This document shows positions 38,630 to 49,074 of a DNA stretch of 64,000 bases, one piece after another (position 1 is the first letter of the stretch; each line of letters opens with the position of its first letter). Made by a program: the position numbers and the translations under genes. The DNA comes from an uncultured delta proteobacterium (lineage in GTDB: Bacteria; Desulfobacterota; Binatia; Binatales; Binataceae): the NCBI GenBank assembly GCA_963851325.1, contig CAWKOR010000002.1, positions 709,859 through 773,858 of the forward strand, given 5' to 3'. Under the pieces are notes generated by a model that was not told where the DNA came from, ran no database searches, and saw only the letters and a list, made by a program, of their open reading frames with translations.

Positions 38630-39475
38630 TCAGGCGGGTTTGTGCGTGCGGAAATCGCGCATCGCGCGAGCCCGAACGTCGCCGAGAAATGCGGAAATCG
38701 TCTCGCGCATGATTCTCATGATGAGCCATCGAAAGCGAATGCCGCGAGAATTGAGCCGATCAAAAATCTCAATCACATCGCGAAACTCATGCGAAACTGA
38801 GTTGACCAGCAACCGCTTCTCACGAAGTTCCGCGACTTGGGTCAGCCGCGCCAGGACCTCGGCATCGCTCAGGTCCTCCGCGTGACCGGCTGATTTGGCA
38901 CGATCGGCAAGCGACTGTAATTTCAGGCGTCCCTGCGGGGTGCGCGGATCGTTGGCAAGAATCCGAGGCACCGGGATGAAACGGTTCTCGTCCATCCCTT
39001 GGTATTCGGCCAGAAAGCGCGAGTTTCCTTCCCCCTCGACGTCGAAGCGAATGTCGTAGCGTTGGGTCACCCTGCCCCACTCCGGCTCCGGGCGCCTTCC
39101 CCACCAGCACGGGCGTTTACCGAACAGCAGGCATAGCGAGGTGAGCCGCTGCTGGCCGTCCGCAATCCACGATCGCGAATCTAGCGCTTCGGACGGCGCC
39201 GCCCATAAGAGCACGAAGCCGGTGGGATAGTTACGCCACATCGAATCGGCCAGCATCGCGGATTGGAACGGCTTCCATACGAAGCCGCGCTGAAAATCCG
39301 GCATGTCCCACCATCCACTGACGCATCTTTCCACCGCGTCGACGAGCTTGAGCGTGTCAAACCGGTAGGTCGCATTCGCGCTTTCACCGGCGACCGATGC
39401 AGTTGGCTCGGAGGTCAGCAGGTTGCCCAAGGCGGCTGGCTCACCCGTCGATAGCGGTTTTGATCTCAGGCGCAT
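38630..39475 (-). CDS. Stand-alone DUF262 (GmrS/ParB-like) domain protein
   Basis: MPDFQRGFVW, DSMWRNYPTG, DGQQRLTS, IFDRLNSRG. Confidence 0.85.
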   Translation of the reverse strand: MRLRSKPLSTGEPAALGNLLTSEPTASVAGESANATYRFDTLKLVDAVERCVSGWWDMPDFQRGFVWKPFQSAMLADSMWRNYPTGFVLLWAAPSEALDSRSWIADGQQRLTSLCLLFGKRPCWWGRRPEPEWGRVTQRYDIRFDVEGEGNSRFLAEYQGMDENRFIPVPRILANDPRTPQGRLKLQSLADRAKSAGHAEDLSDAEVLARLTQVAELREKRLLVNSVSHEFRDVIEIFDRLNSRGIRFRWLIMRIMRETISAFLGDVRARAMRDFRTHKPA

Positions 39476-40875
39476 TCGAGCTGTACTGACTCGCTTTTCT
39501 TGTCGAACAATTCTCGCGCGATTTCTTCCAGCGATCGCCCCGGGAGTCCTTTGGCGGAAGCGAATTCCAGCACCTCATCGAAGTGCGCGAAGGTTCCGCC
39601 CCGCTCAACGATTCGAGAACCGCGCCGCAGCCGCACGTCCTTGGGATGGGCGAATCCCAAAATCGGCATGCCCAGCGCAGCGATCGCCAGCATCCGGTCG
39701 CGGGTCAGGAAATCGGATTCGTAGCGATGCAGGAAGCGCAGTCCCGACTCGTGAACGCACGCCGCACTGCAATAGCTCAGATACTCGGGCGATCCGGGAT
39801 TGCGTTCGTCATGCCGAGGCTGCTCCGCTCCGGCGAGAAATCCTTCCTTGAGAAGCAGTTCCTCGGTGCTCGGATGCGCGCGTTCGTAGGGGAAAATGAT
39901 CACGGGCTGAAGCTTGATACCGTAGCGTCGCGCGTTCATCGCCATCGCGCGCTTCCCAGCATCCAGCTCGGCAACCGGGGCGTCGATTTTTTGATGATCG
40001 ATGTGCCGATGCATTCCATGCCACACGAATCCCGCGCCGTGGCTCTTGAGAATTTCTACGTATCTCCGGCTGATCCATCGGCTGGTAGGAATCCATGCAC
40101 AATCGAGGTGAAGGTCAGCGCCGCGACTTTCGACGTATGCAAAAAAGTCTTTCAGCATCGATTCGTTGAAATAGTCGTATCCAAGCGGGATGTCATCGAT
40201 AGTCAAATTGAATGCCACTTGCCTTTCCAGGTCGCGCCCCGCCGCCCAATCCACCGCGATCAGCGCGCTGACGTTGATGCACCTTTGCACCGGATCGGCC
40301 ATTCGCCAGATGAGTGGCGTATCGGAACTCTCGTCGTCCGGCTGAACATCGCAAATGACCGCACCCCTTCCCGCCCGATATGCAAAAACGACCGGAGACT
40401 CGAGGCTGTCGTGACGTGCAACGAGAATCGGTTCGACAGGGCCACTGAAGTCGCCGGCACAGTTGAGCATGCCGCCGAATGGAGATTCCTCGCCGCGCAG
40501 TATCGCGGGAATCATCGCATGGTGCGTGAAACTATAGGCCTGCAACTGGTGGGCACGGCCGACCGTAAAGGAAACGTCGACTATCGGTGCGAGCTGATAG
40601 CGGACACCATCGTCGAAGCCGCCGCGGATATACAGCGTCGCGCCACCGGTGACTTCGGCACGAAGGACTTCGCGCTCGCGCGGCGTCATCCGCTTGAAAT
40701 CAGCAAAGCTGGTTGCGACTAGAGCATCGCAGTCGCCGGACAGTGATCCGTCAGCGATAGGACCCACCCGCAATCCGAGGCCACGAAGTTCAGCGAATTG
40801 CCCCGCCAGCGTTTGAACGCGGCCGTCCGGCTCAGCGATGAGCCAGCACCTTTGGTTCTCGCGGAGGTTGCGCAT
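39466..40875 (-). CDS. Hypothetical protein with a C-terminal polysaccharide-deacetylase-like domain
   Basis: FNLTIDD, WHGMHRH, IFPYE; located in the EPS operon. Confidence 0.6.
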   Translation of the reverse strand: MRNLRENQRCWLIAEPDGRVQTLAGQFAELRGLGLRVGPIADGSLSGDCDALVATSFADFKRMTPREREVLRAEVTGGATLYIRGGFDDGVRYQLAPIVDVSFTVGRAHQLQAYSFTHHAMIPAILRGEESPFGGMLNCAGDFSGPVEPILVARHDSLESPVVFAYRAGRGAVICDVQPDDESSDTPLIWRMADPVQRCINVSALIAVDWAAGRDLERQVAFNLTIDDIPLGYDYFNESMLKDFFAYVESRGADLHLDCAWIPTSRWISRRYVEILKSHGAGFVWHGMHRHIDHQKIDAPVAELDAGKRAMAMNARRYGIKLQPVIIFPYERAHPSTEELLLKEGFLAGAEQPRHDERNPGSPEYLSYCSAACVHESGLRFLHRYESDFLTRDRMLAIAALGMPILGFAHPKDVRLRRGSRIVERGGTFAHFDEVLEFASAKGLPGRSLEEIARELFDKKSESVQLECA

Positions 40876-41632
40876 GAGCTTTTGAACCGTTTTTCGCCGC
40901 TTCTTCCTTCACTTCGATCGCACGGCGCTGATTGGATTCGAGCACCGCCTCGAGCAAGGGTGCGGATTCGACTTGCAATAGCAGATTGATGTTCGGGATG
41001 ACGCAGTGTCCGCCGATGAAGCCGGGGAAATAGCGTTGACGGGGCAGGAACGCGACCTCTTCAAAAAACTCGGTTGCTTCTTCGTAGTCGCCGCCTGCGC
41101 GCTGGACATAGCGATTGAACTCCTGCGCCCACGCAATGATAACCCCGAAATAGGTGGTCTCACCCAGCTTGGCGACTTCCAGAGTTTCGGGCTTTTCCAG
41201 TTTGCGCGTCTTCATTCCATGTTCCTGGAAATGCGCCGCCGCCTTATTAGCCCACTCCTCCTCGCCTGCCGCGACGAACTTTACGTAATGCAACAGGTCC
41301 TTCGCCATCTTCACGTGCTTGCCGCGGACCGGGCTGTAAGCTATCGGGCTTGCAGTTTTTTCCGAGATTGACCTGGTGGTGCCGGGCAGCACGGTGCTGT
41401 TGATGATGGTAAGTTCCGGTTTGAAGCGCCGGATGTATTCAATCGCTAGCGGTTCGAACTGGGTACGCGAGACGAACGGAATGCAGATATGCATCACCCC
41501 GATCGGATCGTCGAACTCGCAGCGCTCGATATCATGTTTGAGTACCGGATGCTTGCGTTCGAGTACTTCGGCCAAGGCGCCGCCGACTTCCCCGAGTCCG
41601 ACGACGAGCGTTTTACGGTTACTGGACATCAT
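40832..41632 (-). CDS. Short UDP-glucose/GDP-mannose dehydrogenase-like protein lacking the C-terminal domain
   Basis: VGLGEVG, INSTVLPGTT, YSPVRG, EVAKL, GFIGGHC. Confidence 0.8.
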   Translation of the reverse strand: MMSSNRKTLVVGLGEVGGALAEVLERKHPVLKHDIERCEFDDPIGVMHICIPFVSRTQFEPLAIEYIRRFKPELTIINSTVLPGTTRSISEKTASPIAYSPVRGKHVKMAKDLLHYVKFVAAGEEEWANKAAAHFQEHGMKTRKLEKPETLEVAKLGETTYFGVIIAWAQEFNRYVQRAGGDYEEATEFFEEVAFLPRQRYFPGFIGGHCVIPNINLLLQVESAPLLEAVLESNQRRAIEVKEEAAKNGSKAHAQPPREPKVLAHR

Positions 41633-42879
41633 CCCTCCATGCGTGCGCTTGCCACGCCGGCAGCCTTTCGGTTCTCTACAGAATGTACATTTTCACGACG
41701 TGGCAATATTGAGTCTATAGCGCGGTAGAACTCGCCGCGCTGATTTGGCCAACTGATAACGTCTACAACCTGGCGAGCGTTCTCCGCGTAGCTCCGCCGC
41801 AACTCAGGCGAGCGGTACAACTGCTCGATCGCATCCGCCAAATCATTGATGTCGCCCGGCTTGAAGAAACGTACCGAGCCATTGCCGAAATAGTGCTCGA
41901 CCGCCTTGAGCCGGGGTGCGATGGCGGGGATTCCCATCATCGCAAACTCCAGCAACTTCACCGGAAGCATCAGATGAGTCGCGCTGCTCTCGCGATTAGG
42001 CACCAGGCCGAGATCCGCGGTGCGCAGCACCTTGGGCAACTCCTCGATCGGAATCATATCCTTGAAGATTACCCGATCCTGCAAGTTGAGTTCAGTCACC
42101 AAACGGTGAATCTCGCTGAGGTAATCCCCGGCGCCCAGCGCGAGCAGCCGCAGTTGCGGAATCCGATCTCGGAGCAGACCGACCGCACGCACCGCGAGGT
42201 CGAGGCCCATCCGATGCGTGATGGTGCCATGACAAACGACGGTGAAGGTGTTCGGGTCTTTGGTCCCCGCACCGTTGGCGACAAAGATTCGATCGTCCGG
42301 GGAATTGAGAACCACCTTTATCTTGTCGGCCCGGATTCCATAATCCACCAGGCGTTGGCGATGCGGCTCATGGACCGCCAGCACCAGGTCGGCACACCAT
42401 GCGCTCAGGCGCTCCTCCATCTTCATGACTGGAATGCCGAACGTCCCCAGCCATCCGGGGAATTTGTCCCGATACAGTTCGGGCATGGTGTCGTGCACGT
42501 CGAGCACCAGCTTGGTTCCGGCGCGCCGAAGCGGAAGAGCCGCGAGGATCGCAGCATCGGGCATGGTGCATACGATCGCCAGGTCATAGGGACGATCGCG
42601 CGAAAGCTCCATCGCCTTGCGCGCCGCGGCGACAAAGAAATTGACATAGCTCTTCAGGTACGATGTGCGACTCGAGCCTCGATAGCGGGGTATTTCCAGC
42701 CCAACAACGTTTACACCGTTGATCAGCCCGGTCTTTCCTGCTGCCAGGGTTATCGCGTCAACCTGATCGCCACGCCGGGCCAATGCCTCGGCGTGGCGTT
42801 TGACGCGGCCATCATGAATATACGTGGTGTAGGCGATTACTAATGCACGAGCCACGTAGCGGTCTCCTTCAGCCGGCAA
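41629..42879 (-). CDS. Glycosyltransferase family 4
   Basis: DGRVKR, DVHDTMPE, LPVKLLEFAMMG. Confidence 0.9.
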   Translation of the reverse strand: MPAEGDRYVARALVIAYTTYIHDGRVKRHAEALARRGDQVDAITLAAGKTGLINGVNVVGLEIPRYRGSSRTSYLKSYVNFFVAAARKAMELSRDRPYDLAIVCTMPDAAILAALPLRRAGTKLVLDVHDTMPELYRDKFPGWLGTFGIPVMKMEERLSAWCADLVLAVHEPHRQRLVDYGIRADKIKVVLNSPDDRIFVANGAGTKDPNTFTVVCHGTITHRMGLDLAVRAVGLLRDRIPQLRLLALGAGDYLSEIHRLVTELNLQDRVIFKDMIPIEELPKVLRTADLGLVPNRESSATHLMLPVKLLEFAMMGIPAIAPRLKAVEHYFGNGSVRFFKPGDINDLADAIEQLYRSPELRRSYAENARQVVDVISWPNQRGEFYRAIDSILPRRENVHSVENRKAAGVASARMEG

Positions 42880-44086
42880 ACGATTCCTCGCTCACGCGCC
42901 GTGCAACGGCGCGACGTGCGGCGAGGCCTTCGATAGAGGGCTTTCCGTCTTTGATTATGAGGTTCATTCGCGCGCGCTCGCGCCACCATTGCGCAACCTC
43001 GCGGGGAAGCGCGCGCCAGGCATCGAAATCGGATAGCACTTTCAGCAGTTCTTCGTACGCGTTCAGGCTCTCACCCTCCCCGGAATAGTCGGGATGAGTC
43101 AGGGTGAGAATCATCCCACCCAGAGAGCGGATCCAATGGGCCTTGGTCACCCAGGTCGAAAGCGGATTGCGCCGCACCAGGTGAATCAGCGTGTGATCCT
43201 GCGGCAACGTGTAGGGCAGCTCCACCATCTGAGAGAGAAAGAATGGAAAGAGGCTGCAGGTTCCACCCGGCTGCGGTTCGTATGGATCGGTATCCGAGTA
43301 ACTCGAGTCATACTCGAACGCCATGGTGCCGATCCATTCCGCATTACGCAGGGTGGACGGGCCGCGAAAGCCGCGCAGGTCGTGCTCGCCCGCCAGCCGT
43401 TCGACCAGCATCTTGCACACTTCAAAGTCATGACGGCTGCGAAACATCCTGCCATCATGCGCGAGTCCGTGGGCGCCGAACTCGAAGCCCCGCGCGCGCA
43501 ACCGCTCGACCGTTTTCCAATCGATCGGATACTGCGCCAATGGAACATTCCATGACGACTTGAATCCGTAGCGCTCCTCAATGTCGGCCATCCGTTCCAT
43601 ACGGGCGAACCCCGCAGGACTCTCGATGTCGTGGGTGAGCGAAATGCAGCAAGGCTTGCCGCTGGGCCAAAACGCGATGTGCCACGGATCTTCTTGACCG
43701 ATGGTCCTGAGACTCGCGCGAAGCCATTGATGCCACACCTCCACCAGTGCGGTCTCGCATGGCCAGTTGGGGAACACGTCGCGCAGGCGGGTGCGAATCG
43801 CCGCGTAGTTCATCCAATGGCGCAGGAGCAATGGAATGAACTTCTTGATCCGGTAGTAACTCATGACTGTCGAAGAAGGCATTCGCTTGTGTGGTGACAA
43901 ATACTCTTCGAACAGATACCTGCGGATGACGGTTTCAGAGTCCTCGATGGACTGCTCGAGTTGAACACGATAGTTCTCGGGCAGCTTCCAGAACGAGAAC
44001 GCGTCGTTGCGGTAGTCGGCCTGCTCGTCGAAGCGGCGGCCCTCGGTAACCATATTGGAGCGGTCGGATACGATGCTTAGCGCCAT
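42869..44086 (-). CDS. Polysaccharide deacetylase family protein
   Basis: LTHDIES, HGLAHDG, GFRGP, YDSS, LTHPDY. Confidence 0.85.
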   Translation of the reverse strand: MALSIVSDRSNMVTEGRRFDEQADYRNDAFSFWKLPENYRVQLEQSIEDSETVIRRYLFEEYLSPHKRMPSSTVMSYYRIKKFIPLLLRHWMNYAAIRTRLRDVFPNWPCETALVEVWHQWLRASLRTIGQEDPWHIAFWPSGKPCCISLTHDIESPAGFARMERMADIEERYGFKSSWNVPLAQYPIDWKTVERLRARGFEFGAHGLAHDGRMFRSRHDFEVCKMLVERLAGEHDLRGFRGPSTLRNAEWIGTMAFEYDSSYSDTDPYEPQPGGTCSLFPFFLSQMVELPYTLPQDHTLIHLVRRNPLSTWVTKAHWIRSLGGMILTLTHPDYSGEGESLNAYEELLKVLSDFDAWRALPREVAQWWRERARMNLIIKDGKPSIEGLAARRAVARRVSEESFAG

Positions 44087-44940
44087 ACCGACTCCAACAT
44101 TAAGAGACGTCTCAGTTGTTGCCTGCGAATGAACTTGACCAGTTCCGGCGATGCAATTTTTCGATTCCGTCGCAAGTACCCCTCCATGTAGCCCGCCAAC
44201 AGGTACACTCCCCCGATTACGGGCGGCCACGAGAACCCGCGCTTGGCAGCGCGCATCATGAGAAACAACGGGTGATATCCAACGTTGTAGGCGGCTCGAC
44301 CCGCCGCCAGATGCCCCTTTAGATAGCCGCCGGCCGAACCCTGTGGCCGATGATGATAGGCGCGAACATGCCGGAAGCTGCGGCTCTTGAAGCCGAGCAT
44401 CATTGCGAGAGCTTCATCCAGGGTATCCCAGCCCAGGCCGGAGGAGAGTCCCCCGATCGCTTCGAAACATGCGCGCGAGTACATCTTGACCGCGCCGCGG
44501 GTGTGGAAAGCAGGAGATCTTATTTCGCGCCAGGCCGTACCCTCAGGCTCGAACAGCGTCGAGCCAACGATTCCGAGCTTGGGGTCGCGCTTGAATTCAG
44601 CGGCCAGCAAGTCGGCAAAATCAGGCTTGAAACTGATGTCGGCATCGATCCGCAAAATCGCGTCGTATTCCTCCCATACTTCTTTGGGCAGGAATTGCAT
44701 GAGGATTGATTCGCCACCCGGCAGGCGTTCGCGTCCCACCGGCAGATGCTTCACATCGATCCACTGATGCTCCGCTGCGGCGCGGTCGAGGATCTCGGCA
44801 GTCGCGTCGGTGGAACCATCATCGATGACGATCCAGCGCGCCGGTTTCAACGTCTGTGAGGTCATCGAAGCAATCAGCCGCGGCAGGAAGCCTTCCTCGT
44901 CGCGTGCCGGAGTTATCGCGATGAATCGCATCCTGCTCAT
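44077..44940 (-). CDS. Glycosyltransferase family 2
   Basis: ITPARDEE, IDDGSTD, IDAD, GWDTLDE. Confidence 0.9.
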   Translation of the reverse strand: MSRMRFIAITPARDEEGFLPRLIASMTSQTLKPARWIVIDDGSTDATAEILDRAAAEHQWIDVKHLPVGRERLPGGESILMQFLPKEVWEEYDAILRIDADISFKPDFADLLAAEFKRDPKLGIVGSTLFEPEGTAWREIRSPAFHTRGAVKMYSRACFEAIGGLSSGLGWDTLDEALAMMLGFKSRSFRHVRAYHHRPQGSAGGYLKGHLAAGRAAYNVGYHPLFLMMRAAKRGFSWPPVIGGVYLLAGYMEGYLRRNRKIASPELVKFIRRQQLRRLLMLESVWR

Positions 44941-46052
44941 ACCATGTGCCGATAGAGCGCTTCGCCGAGCACCCGGGTGACAGAAAGAGGAAGTCTCTTC
45001 CAAACTACCGAGAGAATTTTTGTTGGACCGCTTAGAACTTCCGGGCTGATGTTGCGCGGGGTTTTGGGAAAGTACGCATAAGGGAGCGGTCGTATGACGC
45101 ATCCCAACTCGGCCTTGGAGCGAACCAGACCCTGATTGCGCGTGTCACAGCGGCCGAAGTCCATCGAACCTGGCCTGCCCGCATACTCCTTGATCAAATT
45201 CGCCACCAGCAGATGGTTGGCGCCCGGATGTGCGTTCTCGACCCGCGCACCCCATTTGTAACAAAGCTGATTTCCATCGCGCAGCAGGACCAGGCCCGCC
45301 TCATCGCGGCCGCCGCGCGTGGCGAACCATACTTCGCAATCGCCGGTGCGGGCGAACTTTTCGTGGACGGCCGCAAAAAACTTGAACGGTTGCGGCGGAA
45401 TGCCGAGTCGGCGCCGCGTCCTGAGCTGAAGATCGAAGAATCGCGAAACGTAGTCGGCGCTGGTCCCGCGATCGATCCGTACGTCGTCCTTGAGGCCGCG
45501 CTTGACGCCGCTTCGAACCGTGCGTGCGAAACCCGATTGCATCTCGCCGAACGGCCGATTCAGGTCCAGCGTCCAATGCGCGAAGCAATCAACATTTTTC
45601 CACGGTGTGGGTCCCGCTGCTCCGCGGATTTCGATTGAGCTGGCCTGATTGGATGAGGCCAAGGCGCGCAAAAACTCGGCGCGTGCATCGTCGTTGATCG
45701 CCAGCGGACCACCGCAATCGGAAAACGGCAGCGATACCAGGCGGGTCGAAAACAAGCCCTTCGATCGCGCGAAGACCGCGGCCGCGCGCAGCACGCCCTC
45801 GCGATGAAGAGTTGCGATTTCCAACTCTAGCGGGTATGACGCGCGCAGTGCCTCGATCCATGACTCGCTATGATAGAAGGTCGCGCCGGTAAGCTGGTTT
45901 AACGCCGCTCTCCAAACCGGCAGCCCCGCAGCCCACGGCATTGTGCTCAATCCGCTGCGCGCAAGAGTGGTCGATCGCTTCGCTGCATCGACCCTCGCAA
46001 AGGGCCTGTGGAGCAGCGCCGCGCTCGATTTGTTGGTCACCGAAAGTTTCAT
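44937..46052 (-). CDS. FemAB-like GNAT family acyltransferase
   Basis: LVSLPFSD, RRRLGIPPQP, DFGR...GL..K. Confidence 0.85.
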   Translation of the reverse strand: MKLSVTNKSSAALLHRPFARVDAAKRSTTLARSGLSTMPWAAGLPVWRAALNQLTGATFYHSESWIEALRASYPLELEIATLHREGVLRAAAVFARSKGLFSTRLVSLPFSDCGGPLAINDDARAEFLRALASSNQASSIEIRGAAGPTPWKNVDCFAHWTLDLNRPFGEMQSGFARTVRSGVKRGLKDDVRIDRGTSADYVSRFFDLQLRTRRRLGIPPQPFKFFAAVHEKFARTGDCEVWFATRGGRDEAGLVLLRDGNQLCYKWGARVENAHPGANHLLVANLIKEYAGRPGSMDFGRCDTRNQGLVRSKAELGCVIRPLPYAYFPKTPRNISPEVLSGPTKILSVVWKRLPLSVTRVLGEALYRHMV

Positions 46053-46072
46053 CGAAGGTAAATCTCTTGTCC

Positions 46073-47632
46073 TTACGCGGCCTGCGAAGAAGCCGGTTTA
46101 AACGCCTTCGTGATCATGTCGAGGAACACGTCCGCTTCCATCCAGAGGAACACCGCCAGAGCCGGAAGCGCCTCCGCCGCCAGCACCGATAACTCATTCA
46201 GTCCGGCGCTCAACGCCAATTGCTTTCCGGCAATTGCGGCGATCCCGCACACAATCGCCAGCTTCAGGCCGGGCAACGCCGCACCCAGCAGATGCGTGAG
46301 CGTGGTATCGATGAGCCTGGCCGCCAGTGAGAGGCCGATCAGACTGACCGCACCCTCAACTATCGCCATGTCCGCGCTCACTCCGCCCAGCCCCATGAAC
46401 ATCGCGAGCGGCAGCACCGTCGCCACGATGAGGATCAGGCGGATGCCGTGGGTCCACATGTCGTACGAGGGATGATCCTTGGAATAGAAAACCGAGCCGA
46501 TCCCGATGCGCAGTCCGAGCAGAGTAAAGCCGATCGAGAGCAAACGAATCGGAACCACCGCCGGCATCCATTTCGCGCCGTATACGACGCCAACGAACTC
46601 GGGCGCCGCGATCGCCGCCATCGCCATTATCGGCAGGACGAAGCGCGCGATATACGAGGTGAACTCGGTGAACGCATGCGCCATCTGCGGGTTGTCGTCT
46701 TGTGCTCGCGAAAAAACCGGAAAAGTGACGCGTCCCGCGATTCTGAAAAGCCGATCGGGAACGAAACGCAAGAGATCCCACGCCATCCCGTAGAAACCCA
46801 ATGCATCGCTGCCCAGGAATCTGCCCACTAAAAGGAAATCGGCGTTTGACGAACAGGTGTAGATAACCCTCGCGCCCCATACGCTGGTGGTGAAGCGGCC
46901 GAAATCGCGCGCCGCCCAAAGTCGCGGCCATGCGGCGGTAAAGCGACGATCGGTGAACCATAGCGCCGCCGAGTACGCTAGGATGCGCGCCGCCAGTGCG
47001 CCTGGCAGGCTCCAGCGTGCATAGCCTTCGAGGAGCAGAATCAGCGCCGCAGCCAAAAACACCATCTCCGCGAAGACCTCGGCGCTGGCGAGCGCGCCGA
47101 AACGCATCTCGCGCCGCAACCGCGCATTGGAAACCATCGCGGAGCCCTGGCACACGATCGGGATGCATAGCAGCCGGATGTAGGGCTCGATGCCCGGCAT
47201 CAGCATCACCTCGGCCAGCAGCGGAGCGGCGAGGTACAAGATTCCCGCCATCGCGAGGGCTACCCCGACGCACAAGCACCATCCGGTCGATTCATGTTCG
47301 GGCAGCAGTTTCTTGCGCTGAATCAGAGCTTCGGGAATCCCGTTTTCGATTGGGATCAGCGCGAAGTACATGACAATCAGCAGGACGCGGAAGATGCCGA
47401 AGTCATTCGGCATCAGTGCGCGCGCCAGGACTACCATTCCGCCAACGCGGATCACCTGAAGAGCGATCTCCGCGAAGACGTTGTCGCGCACGCTGCGGGC
47501 GAAACCCTGCCATAGCGTGCCGGCGGGATCGGCCGATTGCGGCGGCTGCGGCGCCAAAAATTCGGGCCTCGCGCCGGCGTCGTCAATCGGCGGCAATGGG
47601 CGCGCCGCTGCGGACCGCGGGCGCGTACTCAT
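46073..47632 (-). CDS. wzx: Wzx-type oligosaccharide flippase
   Basis: LARALMPNDFG, VGRFLG..ALGFY, multiple TM helices. Confidence 0.85.
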   Translation of the reverse strand: MSTRPRSAAARPLPPIDDAGARPEFLAPQPPQSADPAGTLWQGFARSVRDNVFAEIALQVIRVGGMVVLARALMPNDFGIFRVLLIVMYFALIPIENGIPEALIQRKKLLPEHESTGWCLCVGVALAMAGILYLAAPLLAEVMLMPGIEPYIRLLCIPIVCQGSAMVSNARLRREMRFGALASAEVFAEMVFLAAALILLLEGYARWSLPGALAARILAYSAALWFTDRRFTAAWPRLWAARDFGRFTTSVWGARVIYTCSSNADFLLVGRFLGSDALGFYGMAWDLLRFVPDRLFRIAGRVTFPVFSRAQDDNPQMAHAFTEFTSYIARFVLPIMAMAAIAAPEFVGVVYGAKWMPAVVPIRLLSIGFTLLGLRIGIGSVFYSKDHPSYDMWTHGIRLILIVATVLPLAMFMGLGGVSADMAIVEGAVSLIGLSLAARLIDTTLTHLLGAALPGLKLAIVCGIAAIAGKQLALSAGLNELSVLAAEALPALAVFLWMEADVFLDMITKAFKPASSQAA

Positions 47633-49071
47633 ACACCCTCGCCGCGAAGCAGAACCGGAACCGTTCGAGCGAGTATCTTAATGTCGCTGATGAGCGACCA
47701 ATCCTCGATATACTTGACGTCAAGCCGCACCATGTCATCGAAAGACAGCCGATTGCCGCCGCTCACCTGCCACAAGCCGGTGATGCCCGGGACCGCGTCG
47801 AGGCGGCGTCGATGCCATCCTTTGTAGAGCTCGAGTTCATACGGGAGCGCAGGACGCGGACCAATCAGGCTCATGTCGCCGCGCAGGACGTTGATGATCT
47901 GCGGAAGTTCATCAATGCGGTAACGGCGCAGAATGCGTCCGACGCGCGTGATGCGGTTGTCGTCGGTAAGTTTGAAGATTTTCTCGCCATCAGCTTGCGT
48001 GCCATTGGTCGCCGCGTGATCGCCTAGACTGATCCACTTCTTGACGTATTCGCGATGCGCATTGTCGCCCGCCGCACAGCGCATCGAGCGCAGCTTCAGG
48101 AAGTCGAACTCCTCGCCGCGAATTCCAATTCGGGTTTGCCTGAAGAAAACCGGCCCGCCATCCTCCAGCCAAATCGCTAGCTCGGCCAGCAACAGCAGCG
48201 GGGCAGTCGCCACCAACATGATCGTGGCCGCCAGAATGTCGAACCCGCGTTTGACGATGAAGTTGAGGCCTTCGATATTCGAGCCGCGCAGAGTCAACAG
48301 CGGCACCACGCCCATCATGTCGACCCTGAGGCCGGCCGGCGGTGCATTGAAGACCCACGGCACCAGCCACCAGCGGATACGATTCTCTTCGCACATTTCG
48401 ATGATGTCTTCGTGCTCCGAGCGCGCCGCATCGGGTAGCGCGATCGCAACTTCCAGGCACGGATGCAGCTTGCTCAACTCGGTAAGGCTCGCGATGCCTT
48501 GCAGCACCGGGAGGCCGTGATACTGCAGACCCTCCGGCGCCTCATCGACGAAGCCGACCGGCTCATAAAAGGTCATCTCGCTGGAGACCTGATCGAACAG
48601 GTAGCGACCGACATCGTTGAACCCGATGATGGCGAGCGGGATGGTAATCCGCGGATTGGAGTAGATCCTGCGAACCAGGTTGCGCGCGAGCGCGCGCCCT
48701 ACCAGCACGGACGGAATGCTGAAGACGTACGCCAGCCCTATAGTCAGACGGGATCCGTCAAAATGCAGAAGGAATCCCGCAATCAGCGAAAGCATGGCGG
48801 CGTAGGTGCAGCCGCGGATGACCGCGGCGGCCTCCTTCGGACCGCCAGCGCGCATCCGATACAGGTCTACCGAACGAAAAACCAGAATCCAGGCTGCGAC
48901 AACCAACGCAACGCCGAGGAAGAGCACCCTGGTATCGGTGCCCAGAAGGCGAAGCTCCTGCGCATGTGCGGGATCGTGGATGGCAAGCGCTGCACCGAAT
49001 GCATTGAGCAGCGCTATGCCATCAACGGCCGCAAAGAACGCTTTCTGTTTTCGAAGTTCGCCGGCGAACAT
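47629..49071 (-). CDS. Priming polyprenyl-phosphate glycosylphosphotransferase
   Basis: KRGFDI, KLRSM, RITRVGR, IDELPQ, GDMSLIGPRP, PGITGLWQV. Confidence 0.93.
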   Translation of the reverse strand: MFAGELRKQKAFFAAVDGIALLNAFGAALAIHDPAHAQELRLLGTDTRVLFLGVALVVAAWILVFRSVDLYRMRAGGPKEAAAVIRGCTYAAMLSLIAGFLLHFDGSRLTIGLAYVFSIPSVLVGRALARNLVRRIYSNPRITIPLAIIGFNDVGRYLFDQVSSEMTFYEPVGFVDEAPEGLQYHGLPVLQGIASLTELSKLHPCLEVAIALPDAARSEHEDIIEMCEENRIRWWLVPWVFNAPPAGLRVDMMGVVPLLTLRGSNIEGLNFIVKRGFDILAATIMLVATAPLLLLAELAIWLEDGGPVFFRQTRIGIRGEEFDFLKLRSMRCAAGDNAHREYVKKWISLGDHAATNGTQADGEKIFKLTDDNRITRVGRILRRYRIDELPQIINVLRGDMSLIGPRPALPYELELYKGWHRRRLDAVPGITGLWQVSGGNRLSFDDMVRLDVKYIEDWSLISDIKILARTVPVLLRGEGV

Positions 49072-49074
49072 GCT

